Below, piece after piece: positions 11,996-25,500 of a DNA stretch of 64,000 nt. The position numbers and the translations under genes are program-made. The notes under the pieces were generated by a model. That model was not told the origin of the DNA, did not search any database, and saw only the letters and a program-made list of their open reading frames with translations. The DNA comes from Mustelus asterias (Eukaryota). Positions within the stretch are counted from its first letter, which is position 1. Every line of letters begins with the position of its first letter. The stretch lies in assembly GCF_964213995.1 (NCBI RefSeq), contig NW_027590147.1, positions 124,001-188,000 of the forward strand. Reading direction: 5' to 3'.

Positions 11996-12874
11996 ATATA
12001 CTATTATAGTGTCATGTTCAAAATAAAAAAATCAGTTCAGTGTAACATAGGTAAGGGGCCCATTAAATACTCCCACAAGAGACCTCACACCTTTACCATT
12101 TCTTATCTTGACCCAAACCGATCCTTCATCCTGATCTTTCAGGCTAAGGTGGTAGCTCTGTACTGAACTAATGTCATCGTTAATTAATGGGAGAGATCCT
12201 ATCACCTTTTCCTAGCTTCCTGCCATTCCATTATGTCAAATACCCTTCAATATTTAGATCCCAGCCTAGGTCACCTTTCAACTAAGTCTCTGTAATGTCT
12301 ATCAGGACACACACATTTATCTCTATCCGCGCTGACAATTCATCCTTTTTGTTATAAATGCTGTGTGCATTTTCAGAGATTCAATAATCTAATAGGGATT
12401 TAATGTGAAACCTCTTTACCAGCGAGTGGTGAGACTGTAGAACTCACTATTACAGCGAGTGGTTGAGGTGAACAGCATGAATACATTGAAGGGGAAGCTG
12501 GATACATACCTGAGGGAGAAAGGAATAGAAGGATATGCTGATGGGGGGAGATGACGAGGGGGAGGCTCATGTGGAGCATAAATACTGACACAGACCAATT
12601 GAGCCAACTGGCCTGGCCCTGTGCTGTAGACTCAATGGAACAGAGACAAATGTATTTATTTTAGATCTACCTGTAGCGTTAGGAAAAACACTATTTACTA
12701 TCCAGAATAAAATAAATATCTTTCATCAGCTTTTGTGGATCATTTCAGTGGAAATGTGCTCTCCCAGGCTCAAAGAACATCAGCCCACTGGAAGCAAAGT
12801 CATGAGACCGGCCAGTCCAGCAGAAAGAAACCGTCCGACCCTCCCACTTCACCTACTGTCAGAATGAACGTGGT

Positions 12875-13855
12875 TCAGTTCTGGGTGTGATTAATAGCAG
12901 CAATAACAGCAGAATCCAATGCTTGTAATCGTTTGTGAATTCGCTGGTGTCTCAGCAGGTGGGATGATCGTGTGAATCCCTTTCCACATTCATTGCAGGC
13001 AAACAGCCTCTCCCCAGTGTGAAGTCGCTGGTGCGTCAGCAGGTTAGATAATCGATTGAATCCCTTCTGACACACAAAGCAGTTAAATGGCCTCTCCCCA
13101 GTGTGAACTCGCTGGTGTGAAATAAAGTTGGACGAATCACTGAATCCCTTGCCGCACACTGAGCAGGTGAACGGCCTCTCCCCGGTGTGGACTCGCTGGT
13201 GTGTCTGCAGACTGGATGCCTGACTAAATCCCTTTCCACACAGAAAGCAGGTGAATGGCCTCTCCCCAGTGTGAGTTCGCTGGTGTGAAAATAGGTTGGA
13301 TGAATCACTGAATCCTTTACCACACTCAAAGCAGGTGAAGGAAGCCTCCCCAGTGTGAAGTTGCTGGTGTCTCAGCAGGTTGGCGGAGTTACTGAATCCC
13401 TTCCCACACACACAGCAGGGAAATGGCCTCTCTCCGGTGTGAACTCGCTGGTGTGAATACAGGTTGGATGACTGAGCAAATCCTTTACCACACATGGAGC
13501 AGATAAATGGCCTCTCCCCAGTGTGAACTCTCTGGTGTGTCTGCAGTGTGGATGAATCGCTGAATCCCTTCTCACACACGGGGCAAGTGAATGGCCTCTC
13601 TCCATTGTGAACTCGCTGGTGTATCAGCAAGTGCAATGACTGAGTGAATCCCTTCCCACAATCAGAGCAGGTGAATGGCTTCTCCCCGGTGTGAACTCGC
13701 TGGTGTGTCAGCAAGATCGATAACCGAGTGAATCCTTTCCCACAATTGGAGCAGGTGAATGGCCTCTCCCCGGTGTGACTGCGTCGATGAATTTCCAGCA
13801 CTGATGGGGAACGGAATGACTTTTCACAGTCCTCACATTTCCATGCTTTTTCCAT
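12875..13855 (-). CDS. tandem C2H2 zinc-finger protein (11 fingers)
   Basis: 326-aa ORF starting MEKAWKC; the usual stop is lost, adding the tail [18 protein letters not shown] from the family 3'UTR. Confidence 0.9.
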   Translation of the reverse strand: MEKAWKCEDCEKSFRSPSVLEIHRRSHTGERPFTCSNCGKGFTRLSILLTHQRVHTGEKPFTCSDCGKGFTQSLHLLIHQRVHNGERPFTCPVCEKGFSDSSTLQTHQRVHTGERPFICSMCGKGFAQSSNLYSHQRVHTGERPFPCCVCGKGFSNSANLLRHQQLHTGEASFTCFECGKGFSDSSNLFSHQRTHTGERPFTCFLCGKGFSQASSLQTHQRVHTGERPFTCSVCGKGFSDSSNFISHQRVHTGERPFNCFVCQKGFNRLSNLLTHQRLHTGERLFACNECGKGFTRSSHLLRHQRIHKRLQALDSAVIAAINHTQN

Positions 13856-14170
13856 GATCTGAGTGTCTTTCTGTCTCTCCTGCAGTTTTCACAATATGTG
13901 CACTGGAACACCGTCACTCGGGTTGCACGGGCCTCGATGCTTTTCTGTTCACACCAATGGTTCACCCAACTCAAGCAGATAAACGTTTCTTCTTCCAGAT
14001 TCAAACCGATGACATTCAGCTCCCATGAATTGAGTGAATGTTAGATCTTGACATTTCTATCAGCAAATCATCTCCTTCTAATATCCTGTCAAAAGAATTT
14101 ACAAAAGTCATCACTGTCAGAACAAGATAGAAATTCAGATCAGACAATTCTAGTTCCTGTGGAACATTGC

Positions 14171-14972
14171 AAAGGATGTCAATGTCTTTAAGAGAGAGAG
14201 AAACCTGGGCCAACCTTTCCAGAGTCTGCAGCCTCCCTGGATTCACTTTCTTTCCCTTCAGTTGCTGCAAGTCCCCAATTTCCCCCAGAATGAGAAAAGA
14301 AATGGAAAGGGGGAAACATTGATTTCCTCCCAGATGTTGCCCAGAGGAGGGAGTTTGAGTCTGAATCTGAATCAATCGAGCTGCCGCATTGTGACGTCAC
14401 AATGGAGCCCTGCCTGAATCAGCCAACAGGAATCAGTCTCTTCCACAATGACGTCATGGGGTGCCAGTGCGCAGGCCCGGGCGCGCGGACACGGAAGTCC
14501 CGCCCCCACCCATTGTTCCCCTCCCCCTGCACCTCCTCCAGCCAAGGTTTCCAGGCAACCGGCTGGCGGCTCCGGCCAGAGCGAGAAGCCTCTTGGTGAT
14601 CACCCCCTCCCCCCGGCCTGGGACTGCGCATGTCCAGTGGAGAGGCGACACTGCGCATGAGCGGGGCAGCCCGCCTTCTGACCTTCGTGCTGAGGTGTTG
14701 ACCAATGGGAAAAGACCGGAAGGACTCTGGTCCTTCAGCCAATCGGGCTTTGTGATACTCAGATTGAGGTGCACAACAGACTGAAACTTCCTCCTGTCTC
14801 TACCATTTGTGAGTGAAACACTTTCTTTCATCCCCCTTTCCATTTCTTTTCTCATTCTGGGGGTAATTGGGGACTTGCAGCAACTGAAGGGAGAGGAAGT
14901 GAATCCAGGGAGGCTGCAGATTCTGGAAAGGTTGCCCCAGGTCTCTCTCTCTTCAAGACATTGACATCCTTT
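14171..14972. repeat. about 143-bp inverted repeats flanking a bidirectional promoter
   Basis: 14171..14314 is a near reverse complement of 14831..14972. Confidence 0.85.
14380..14780. promoter_or_regulatory. CpG-rich bidirectional promoter between divergent ZNF genes
   Basis: 18-bp palindrome CATTGTGACGTCACAATG (CRE), a second TGACGTCA, CGGAAGT (ETS), GC box, TGCGCATG x2 (NRF1-like), CCAAT boxes; donor GTGAGT at about 14809. Confidence 0.75.
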
Positions 14973-16031
14973 CGCTCTCTCAGTCTGACACATTTATTTG
15001 TCTGGGTAAAAGGATGGTCTCTTTCCTAATGTTCACAATTAAAGAGATGGTTTCTCCAGGATAGGCTGACATTTAAATTAAGATAGGACAGAGATACGTC
15101 TAGTCTTGTAATATGGTACAGATTAGATATATTATTTGTAACAAAATACATTAATTATTTCTAATCTTGTATTATCCTACTGTAGCTACAATATGCATTT
15201 CCAGTCAGCGTCATTACGACACAAGGTGTCCATTCAGTAATTTGAGCCTATGCTAACACTCTGTAGGACAATCCAGTCACTCCCATTCCTTCTCTACATC
15301 CCCAGTCCCCCTACAGGTTATTTCCTTCAAGTGCCCCCCCCCCCCCAATTTCATTCTGAAATTATTCACCACCTCTGCTTCCATCAAGCTGGTAGGCAGA
15401 GAGTTTCAGGTCAGCAACACTAGCTGTCGAAATAAAATACTCCCTCACAGCCCTATGTATCTCTAATCATGTAATAGAGAACTGTATAATTATACATCAT
15501 AGTGTTATTGGGTATGTATTAAATACAGCAGAATGTGAATAGAGAGTGTGTGGTCCAGATATTTACAGCCTTCGATAAATGAGAGAGGAATGAATGTTCC
15601 TTCGCAATTAAAATTCTGTTCTGAATTTCTAACCTGTACTGTCACTGATAACGTTTGTAAACTCTTTTACAATATATTAGGGGAGGAGATATCGCAGACA
15701 GAACTCTCAAAGCAGATAGCACATCAGGATCTGACAGAGTCACTCCATTCATCGGGAGCTGAATATCATCAATCTTGAATCTAAAAGGAGAAATGTTTGT
15801 CCTTTTTGTCTGCTGTGAAAGATTTTAACATCAGTGTGACTGGAACAGTACAGAGAATGATACCTGAGTGAGAGTGTACAATGCAGTGACTGTGAAAGGA
15901 TCTTTAATCAGTTACATTGGCTGAAGCAACATCACACCATTCACAGCAGGGAGAGACTGCACACTGGTTGTATGTGTGAACGAGGCTTCAACTGATTGTC
16001 AAACCTGGAGAGACACAAGGACATTGACACC

Positions 16032-16622
16032 ATGGAGAAACCATGGAAATGTGGGGATTGTGGGAAACGTTTTTGTTGCCCAAGTCACCTGGAAATTCAT
16101 CGACGTTGTCACACAGGGGAAAGGCCGTTCACCTGCCCTGTTTGTGGGAAGGGATTCAGTAATTCATCCATTTTACAGACACACCAGCGAATTCACACTG
16201 GAGAGAGACCATTTGTCTGTCCTAATTGTGGGAAGGGATTCACCCAGTTATCCCACCTGCAGTCACACCAGCGAATTCACACTGGGGAGCGACCATTCAC
16301 TTGCTCTGTGTGTGGGAAGGAATTCAGTAATTCATCCATCCTGCGGACGCACAAACGAGTTCACACTGGGGAGAAGCCATTCTCCTGTTCTGAATGTGAG
16401 AAGCAATTCAGTCATTCGTCTGACCTCAGGAAACACGAGCGAGTTCATGCCGGGCTGAGGCCGTTCATCTGCTCCCAATGCAGGAAGCGATTCAGTGATT
16501 CATCTGACCTGAGGAGACACCAGCGAGTTCACACTGGGGAGAGGCCGTTCACCTGCTCTGATTGTGGGAAGGGATTCACTCAATTATCGAACATGCGGAC
16601 ACACCAGCGAGTTCACAAGTGA
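16032..16622 (+). CDS. tandem C2H2 zinc-finger protein (7 fingers)
   Basis: ORF 15996..16622; ACCATGG at 16032 (MEKPWKC). Confidence 0.88.
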   Translation: MEKPWKCGDCGKRFCCPSHLEIHRRCHTGERPFTCPVCGKGFSNSSILQTHQRIHTGERPFVCPNCGKGFTQLSHLQSHQRIHTGERPFTCSVCGKEFSNSSILRTHKRVHTGEKPFSCSECEKQFSHSSDLRKHERVHAGLRPFICSQCRKRFSDSSDLRRHQRVHTGERPFTCSDCGKGFTQLSNMRTHQRVHK

Positions 16623-17214
16623 TTACAGGTGTTGGATTCTGCTGTTAATCACACTCAGGACAGAACCATGTTCATTCTGACAGTTTGGGAAGTGGGAGGG
16701 TCGGAGGGTTTCTTTCTGCTGGACTGGCCGGTCTCACAACTTTGCTTCCAGTGGGCTAAATTTCTTTGAGCCTGAGAGAGTACATTTCCACCGAAAGGAT
16801 TCACAAATGCTGTTGAAAAACATTTATTTTATCCTCGGTGGTAAATAATGTTTTTCCCATCACTACAGGTAGATCGAAAGTAAATACAGAAAGAACTGGA
16901 AAAACACAGCAGGTCTGGCAGCATCCGTGGAGAGAGAAACAGAGTTAACGTTTCATGTCCAATGTAACTCTACCTCAGAACTAAAGAGAGGGAGAAATGT
17001 GATGGGTTTGATTCTGGTGAGAAATGGAGGAGGGTCAGGTGGAACAAAATGGAAAGTTAGGGATTGGTTAGAGGTCGGATGAGAATAAATGACAAAAACA
17101 TCCTGGAACAAAAGGCAAAGGGAGAGGTAATGGTTGTGGTAAAGGAACTGTTTGGGAGAATGAACTCAGAAGAATCATTCAACACTTAAGCCTGATTGAA
17201 TCGACAAACAGTTA

Positions 17215-18222
17215 ATTGAGTATTTATTCTGGGGATGAAGGGGATGACAAATGAGGAGAGATTAAGCAGTTTGGACTATACTCGCTGGAGTTTAGAAGGA
17301 TGAGCGGGATCTAATCGAAGGACATAAAATGTTAAAAGCGATTGATAAAGTAAATGTAGAACAAATGTTTCCTCTTATGGGACAATCTAGAACAAGAGGT
17401 CACAGGTATAGGTTGCGAGGCTATAGATTTAAAACTGAGATGAGGAGCTTCTCAGAGGATGGTGAATTTGTGGAACTCGCTGCCACATAGCGAGGTGGTG
17501 TCTGAATCATTGAATTGTTTCAAGAGGAAGATAGACATATTTCTGATAAAAAGAAAGGGAAAGATGGATATGGGGAACAGGTGGGGAAGTGGATTTGAGA
17601 CCAGGGAGAGATCAGCCATGATCTGATTGAAAGGCGGAGCAGGCTCGAAGGGCTGAACTTGCCTCCTTCTGCTCCTAATTTTGGTCCCCTTACTTGCGAA
17701 AGGATTGGCCTTGGAGGGAGTGCAGAGAAGGTTCACCAGGTTGATACCGGAGTTGAGGGGTGTAAATTATGAGGAGAGATTGAGCAGATTGGGTTTGTAC
17801 TCGTTGGAGTTTAGAAGATTGAGGGGTGATCGTACAGAGGCATATAAAATAATGAAGGGGCTGGATAGGGTAGAAGTGGAGAGATTCTTTCCACTTAGAA
17901 AGGAAGCTGGAACTAGAGGGCACAGCCTCAAAATAAAGGGGGGTCAGTTTAGGACAGAGTTGAGGAGGAACTTCTTCTCTCAGAGGTGGTGAATCTCTGG
18001 AATTCTCTGCCCACTGAAGTGGTGGAGGCTATCTCGTTGAATATGTTTAAATCACGGAGAGATGGATTCCTGATCGGTAAGGGAATTAGGGGTTATAGGG
18101 ACCAGGCGGGTAAGTGGAACTGATCCACTTCAGATCAGCCATGATCGTATTGAATGGCGGGGCAGGCTCGAGGGGCTAGATGCCTACTCCTGCTCCTATT
18201 TCTTATGTTCTTATGTTCTTAT
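17215..18222 (+). mobile_element. two stacked CR1 3' fragments
   Basis: LEGVQRRFTRLIPEL..YEERL..LGLYSLEFRR..TRGH; (TTCTTATG)n tail. Confidence 0.88.
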
Positions 18223-18223
18223 A

Positions 18224-18812
18224 AGCTGCAGGAAAGGATGTCCCGAGGCATGGTACATTGGGGAGACAATGCAGATGTTACGACAACGGATGAATGAACA
18301 CCGCTCGACAATCACCAGGCAGGAGTGTTCTCTTCCTGTCGGGAAACACTTCAGCAGTCACGGGCACTCAGCCTCTGATCTTCGGGTAAGCGTTCTCCAA
18401 GGCAGCCTTCACAATACACGATAACGCAGAATCGCTGCGCAAAAACTGATAGCCAAGTTCCGCACACGAGGACGGCCTAAACCGGGATCTTGGGTTCATG
18501 TCACACTATCTGTAACCCCCACGACTTGCCTGGACTTGCAAAATCTCAGTAACTGTCCTGGCTGGAGACAATACACATCTCTTTAACCTGTGCTTAACCC
18601 TCTCTCCACTCACATTGTCTATACCTGTAAAGACTTGATTACCTGTAAAGACTCGCATTCCAACCATCATCTTGTAAATTGAGTCTGTCTCGATGTATGC
18701 CTTGTTTGTGAACAGAACTCTTCACTCACCTGAAGAAGAAGGAACACTCCGAAATCTTGTGCTACCAAATAAACCTGTTGGACTTTAACCTGGTGTTGTC
18801 AGACTTCTTACT
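18224..18812 (+). mobile_element. Penelope 3' fragment (GIY-YIG end plus terminal repeat)
   Basis: Homologous to 55200..55795; CPEAWYIGET; degenerate hammerhead core near 18729. Confidence 0.85.
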
Positions 18813-18999
18813 GGGTTCAATCGCACAGTCACTGGTTCCTCTCTCTGTCCCTGATGCTGATTATTCACTCTTTTACAGAATGATACAGCACAAATAGAAA
18901 CCATTTGGCTCATTATGTCTGTACTGGCTCTCTGGAAGATCTATCCAATTAATTCCACAGCCAGAACAATGTATATCTGCTGTAGTATTCTGAGGCCTG

Positions 19000-20560
19000 A
19001 ATGGAAAAAGTTTTCCAGTCGGATAGTTCTCAGACACAATCAGCCCTGTGGAAAGATTGATTGCCTAATTCATTGAGAAGATATAAAGTGCCCATTAAGC
19101 AGATAAAGTGCCTGGCAGAGTTTAATTGTATATTTCTGCAGACCCCAAATACTGCAGTGACATTATCCTAAAGGGCCAATGGTTGAATTATGGAATTACA
19201 AAGAAAAAGCATTCACGTCCTGAATCTTCATAATTATTACTTGGCTGGGATGTTTCAGTATGAAAGAATCCTACGTCTCAGTCAGGCAAAAGCGGTCATG
19301 TCCAATGGACCTGTTAAAGACAAATAACTATTACATTGCACTGGGGTTTATGCGATCAGGTGTTGGTTTTATGAACAAGGTTTGTATCAGAGTGGAGCTG
19401 TGTGTTTGATTCTCCACAACAACTGTAGTATCCTTACTAAATATCCACCACAATCGCAACAGTTAGCCCAGAACTCTGAGGTTATTGCGGTCACAGCCCT
19501 TCAAACTGTTACCGATATAATCACCAAATATTCTGAAAGCTACGTTGGTTGTAATTCCCTCAGAAAACCTACCCCTCTGGGGGAGGAAACACAGCTTCAC
19601 CCCAGCAGAAAGGAAACCACTGCTCACCACTCCAAACTCTGAATGATTGGGAATGTTACTGGATGTCCAGGATAAATTGCTATTTGCCAGGTGAAGGTGG
19701 ATCAGCAGCAGGAGTTAGTGAAGGGAGTGATGGTAATAACCAAGCAGACTGACTCACCAGGAAAGCTGCTCTCGAGGAGATTCCATGGGATCCACCCAAA
19801 ACACAATCATTGGGACCGGTACGACAGACTCCAGTTATATGTCATTTAAAAACTTGTCAGGACACTGACCTAAGATGACTGTGGGTAAAAAGGGTTGGCA
19901 CCATAGAGAAAACTTTCCCTCATCATTCACAGCAAGTAAGGACTCACTCATCTGACACAATGAAGTTTTCTTTCACAAATATGGTTTAACTTTGACTTCA
20001 GTCACAACTCGATGGCTTAGAAAGGAATTAGTATATTTGATGGATCAAAGCAAGGCGTATTTCTTGTTTTTTGACTCCTCAATATTATACAACATGATCA
20101 TACTATCAGTGGCTGAGGATGTATCAGAATGTCCATCAGCACCTGAAGCTGTGCCTCATGTGTTCAAACTAATCAGATTCTGCAAAATGCATTGTCCCAA
20201 TTAACATGTTCCACATTATTGATGTTCCCTGGGAAACACTGCAGCTTGATTATACCGGCCCACTCTCCACACTAAGAGGAGGAGACTGGTAGATCCTGCT
20301 AATTACAGCTATGTTTACCTGGTGGATTGAAACCTTTCCTGTTTGTAAAAATGATGCAGACACAATAGCTAAAATCCTGGATGAGGCTTCCTGAAATGGA
20401 TGGAGAATGACAATAGTTCTCATTTCACAGCAGAAATAGTGTAATAGCTCTCCAAACGAAAAAATCCAGAAGAATAATTTTGAAAAAAAGTTGATTAATT
20501 TCATATTTATCCAGTTGAGTTCGGATGGTTATTACTGTCAGAAACAAAACCTGACTCTCA
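19000..20560 (+). mobile_element. ancient LTR-retrotransposon/ERV pol remnant (RNase H, integrase)
   Basis: Manual translation near 20230 gives PWETLQLDYTGPL..FTWWIETFP..DADTIAKIL (integrase core-like); ORF 19382..19642 AQNSEVIAV..AL..YSESYV resembles RNase H. Confidence 0.55.
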
Positions 20561-20584
20561 GAATGAACATTGTTCAGTCCAACT

Positions 20585-20805
20585 GGGTGGCATGGTGGCA
20601 CTGTGGCTAGCACTGCTGCCTCACAGCATCAGGGACTGGGTGCGATTCCCGGTTTGGGTCACTGTCTTGTGGAGTCAGCACGTTCTCCCCGTGTCTGCGT
20701 AGGTTTCCTCCGGATGTTCTGGTTTCCTCCCACATTCCAAAAGATGTGCTGGTTCGGTGCATTGTCCATGCTAAATTCTCCCAAATTCAGTGTACCTGAA
20801 CAGGC
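20585..20805 (+). mobile_element. HE1-type SINE (truncated)
   Basis: tRNA head and gtttcctccgg..ggtttcctcccaca core. Confidence 0.8.
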
Positions 20806-21900
20806 AAATTTAGCAACCATACCTTCAATTCCTTCATCTGAGTCATTTATATAAATGGTAAAAAGGTTGAGGTCCCAGCATTGACCCGTGGCCCACCACT
20901 CATCACATCCAGTCAACTAGAAAAAGACCCATTTATGCCAATCCTGTTTCCTGTTAACTACCCAATCTCCTTTCCGTGCCAATATGTTACCATTCCCCCC
21001 GCCCCACTAGGAGCTTTTATTTTCCACAATATCCTTTGATGTGATAGCTTATAAATGCATTCTGGAAATCTCAGTACATTCACCTTTCTGCACCTTTGGT
21101 TCCCGTTTATCCACAGCACATGTGACTCATTCAAAGAACTGAGAAAATAGGTTGAATATGATTTCCCTTTCTCAAAACCATGTTGACTCTTCTTCATGGC
21201 CTGATTTTATCTCACTGCCATGCTGTAACGTATTTAATAATAGCTTCTAACATTTTTCCTCTGGCATGTTAAGTTAACTGTCCTGTAGTTTCCTGCTTTT
21301 TGTCTCTCTCCTTCTTTGAATAAAGGAGCTGCATTTGCTACTTTCTAATCTAATAGAACTTCCACCAAAACCGGGGAATTTTGGAAAATTAAAACAATGC
21401 ATCAACTATCTCACCAGTCATTTCTACCCCTCTTCAGCTAAAGAACAGCCATGTGGCCTCGAAATGTCAACTCTGTTTCTCCCTCCACAGGTACTGCCAG
21501 ACCTGCTGAGTCTTTCCAGCATTTTCTGTTTTTATTTCAGATTTTCAGTATCTGCAATACTTTGCTTTTATCTGACGAGCTGCTTCTTTTCAGAGCCGAG
21601 AATTAAGTCCATCAGGGTCCGGGATTTGTCAGCCGACAGCTCCAACTATTTGCTCAGTACCACTTCATAAGTGACAGCAGTTTTCCTGAGTTCCTCTCTC
21701 CCTTCCACACCCTGATGAGATATTACTTCTATCCTCGATACTATCGGGTAGAGTACTAAACTATAGTGAAGACTGATACAAAGTACCTGTTGAATTCATC
21801 TGCCATCTCCTCACTTTCCATTATTAATTCCCCAGAGTCACTTTCTCTTGGACCAACATTCACTTGGATAACTCTTTTTATTTAAATATCCAGAGAAATG
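20806..21900 (-). mobile_element. old CR1 internal fragments with a Penelope remnant at about 21430..21575
   Basis: LFTIYIND..VAKFA and SQHGF.KG.S peptides on the minus strand. Confidence 0.7.
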
Positions 21901-21904
21901 TTTA

Positions 21905-23150
21905 CAGAACAAAGAGAATTACAGCACAGGAACAGGCCCTTCTGCCCTCCATGGTCCTGCACCGACCATGCTGCCTGACTGAACTAAAACCTCCTACCCT
22001 TCCAGGGACCATATCCCTCTATTCCCATCCTATTCATGTAAAGTCAAGACGCCCCTTAAAACTCACTACCGTATCCACTTCCACTACCTCCCCCGGCAAC
22101 GAGTTCCAGGCACCCACTACTCTCTGTGTAAAAAATCTGCCTCGTACATCTCCTTTAAATCTTGCCCCGCACACCTTAAACCTGTGCCCCCTAGTAATTG
22201 ACTCTTCCACCTTAGGAAAAAGCTTCTGACTATCCACTCTGTCCATGACTCTCATAATCTTGTAGACTTCTATCAGGTCGCCCCTCAACCTCCGTCATTC
22301 CAGTGAGAACAAACCAAGTTTCTCCAACCTCTCCTCATAGCTAATGCCCTCCATACCAGGCAACATCCTGGTAAATCTTTTCTGTACCCCCTCCAAAGCC
22401 TCCACATCCTTCTGGTAGTGTGGCGACCAGAATTGAACACTATATTCCAAGTGCGGCCTAACTAAGGTTCTATAAAGCTGCAACATGACTTGCCAATTTT
22501 TAAACTCAATACCCCGGCCGATGAAGGCAAGCATGCCGTATGCCTTCTTGACTACCTTCTCCACCTGCATTGCCACTTTCAATGACCTGTGTACCTGTAC
22601 ACCCAGATCCCTTTGCCCATCAATACTCTTAAGGGTTCTGCCATTTACTGTATATTTCCTATCTGTATTAGACCTTCCAAAATGCATTACCTCACATTTG
22701 TCCGGATTAAACTTCATCTGCCATTTCTCCGCCCAAGTCTCCAACTGATCTATATCCTGCTGTATCCTCTGATGGTCCTCATCGCTATCTGCAAATCCAC
22801 CAACCTTTGTGTCGTCCGCAAACTTACTAATCAATCCAGTTACATTTTCCTCCAAATCATTTATATATATTACAAACAGCAAAGGTCCCAGCACTGATCC
22901 CTGAGGAACACCACTTGTCACAGCCCTCTATTCAGAAACACTTCCACTGCTACCCTCTGTCTTCTTTGACCGAGCCAGTTTTGTATTCACCTCGCTAGCT
23001 CACCTCTGATCCCATGCGACTTCACTTTCTGCACCAGTCTGCCGTGAGGGACCTTGTCAAAGGCCTTACTGAAGTCCATGTAGACACCATCCACTGCCCT
23101 ACCCTCATCAATCATCTTCATCACTTCCTCGAAAAACTCGATCAAGTTCG
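21905..23150 (-). mobile_element. CR1 LINE 3' portion (young subfamily)
   Basis: ORF 22295..22921 [28 protein letters not shown]; homologous to 43700..44290 and 63288..64000. Confidence 0.93.
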
Positions 23151-23409
23151 AAAAATATTCACATCGTGAATATTTTTAATAACTCTAATACAAGTCAGTT
23201 CCTTTTGAAGGGCTCTCCCCTGTTTCCTCAATCCTCACCTCCAACAACAAGTGTGAGGAGCTCATGGAAGTACTTTGTCACTAAGATTGAGATAATCCAA
23301 TCAGCTGTCTCTGTTGCTTTGCTCCATTCCATTAGCCCAATGGGCCAAACTGTCTCTAAACATCCCTCTTGTCTGAGCCCCGAACTCCCACTTTTCTCCA
23401 TCCAGTCTC

Positions 23410-24100
23410 CACACACACCAGTGGGTTCATACTGAAGAGAGAGGATTTAAATGCTGAGACTGTGACAGGAGCTTTAAAAACCCACATTCACTGATGGTTC
23501 ACCAGTGTATTCAGTCCGTTCCACTCCACTCATCTGCTCTCAGTGCAGGGAGAGGTTCAAGCGATTGTCCATCCTGCAGCAACAGCAGAGAGTTCACACC
23601 AGGGAGAGGTCATTCACCTGCTCCATGTGTGGGAAGCAATTCACTGATTCATTCGTTTTGTTACCACACCAGTGAGTTCACACTGATGGAATGTGTTTCA
23701 AATGTCTGGATTGTGGGAAATGTTTTAAAATTTCTATGAATCTGATGTGCTATCAGCAGGTTCACACTGACAGCAGACCATCCAGAGTCTCTCACTATGG
23801 GACTGGGTTCAGCTGGACATGTGAACTCAGTGTCCACCAGTGCACTCACTCTGGGAGAGGCTGTTCACTTGCTCCATGTTTAGCAAGAGATTTACTCAGT
23901 CATCCCACTTCACTGCACATCAACTTGTTCACACTGATAAGGAACTTTTTCAAACTTCTGACTGTGAGCAGAGCTTTAAATGCAAAATGTATCTGCTGAT
24001 ACACAAACACATTCACAGGCTGTTCACCTGCTCCATGTGAGAAGAGATTCATTCGGTTACCTCACATTCTGACACACCAGCAAGTTCATAAGTTACTACA
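23410..24100 (+). pseudogene. C2H2 zinc-finger pseudogene
   Basis: Frameshifted fingers (FKCLDCGKCFK..; FTCSM) followed by the family 3'UTR ggattctgctgttattgctgctg. Confidence 0.8.
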
Positions 24101-25019
24101 GGGGCTGGATTCTGCTGTTATTGCTGCTGCTGTGAATCACATTCAGGACTGGACTATGTTCATTCTGATATTTGGAGTTTGTTTCTGATTATGTTAATAA
24201 TCCCTGTAACTGGACTGGAGTTTAATATTCCAAATAAATGTGAAATAAAACAGTGATATTTGAATACATAGTTGCAGATGTTCGTCTTTCCCAGCTGAAT
24301 GTTTAACATTGCCGGCTGGAGCTCAGAAGGGGCAATCTGGGGGAGGTTCACACAGCAGGAACAGAACTGCAGTCTGTTCCTGCCATAGGGTCACACTGAG
24401 AGGGACAAACAGCACTTTGGACTTTCTCATCTCTCTTCACTGACAGCAAAGTGGGTTAATCCTGAGGTGTGTAAGAAATGTGTCCCAACTGCTCTTTTCT
24501 ATAGTCCAGAGCTCCTAAACATGGAACAGAAGACTCTTTTATAACTATGTTTCGAGTCAGGTGAACAATTGTGAAAGAAAATCAAAATATTACAGATGCT
24601 GGAAATCGGAAATAAAAACAAAGCAGGTTTGGTAGCATCGCTGCAGAAACAGAGCTAATGTTTTGGAACTGAAGAGTCATATTGGACTGGAAACATTGAC
24701 TCTGTCTTTACAAATACCGTCACAGCTGCCGAGAGTTTGCAACAATTTTGAACAACGGTGAAGGCTGGAAACATGCTGTCAAATCAAAGTTTAGTGTGAA
24801 ACTGGGACGTGTTCCTGACTGAAAGTGAAAGAGCAAGTTTAAATTCCCAGACTGACAAATGATTGTGCACACTATTTCAAGGAAGGTGTTAATTAATTTA
24901 AAATAAGCCTGTTTAAATATATTTTCATAGAAAATAGGAACAGGAGTAAGCCATTCTCGGCCAGGCCAGTCATTATGATCATGGACCACAAAAGATGTAT
25001 TTGTATTTGACAATATCAA

Positions 25020-25500
25020 GTGGCAATGGCGGTGCCATTACCCAGCGTGCACCGAGAGGGTGACGATACCCTATCTTCAATACTGGAGATCATTGCGCAG
25101 ACGCAGTGCCTCTCTGACTGGAGCATGCGCAGTGCGGTGTAGGCAGTGGTCGGACGGGGTGGTGTCGGAGCAGCAGGGAGACCAGAAACTGATTGTAGAC
25201 ACCGGGTGAGTGAGATTAAATGGAGCCTGAGAGTCAAAAGGGAGGACTCATAAGCACCCGGTATAGGAAGCGGAGCTTTCATAAACATCGGATATTAGCT
25301 TCAAACCACAAATAAGACGCCCGAGGCCCTGCCTGACCGATTTTGCAGCCTCCATCTTTCGAGAACAATGGGCAGCGTGACCGCCATATTTATTGGGGGC
25401 AATGGACAGCAGGGCGGTGGCCATCTTTATAGGGGGCAATGGGCAACAGGGCGCATGTGCAGCCGCCACCTCGATTGGAGGCAGTGGGCATTGATTCCAG
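25020..25500 (+). promoter_or_regulatory. CpG-rich promoter and first exon, probably for the ZNF at 29788
   Basis: GCATGCGCAGT (NRF1-like), donor G|GTGAGT at about 25208, repeated GCCAT.TT YY1-like motifs downstream. Confidence 0.6.
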
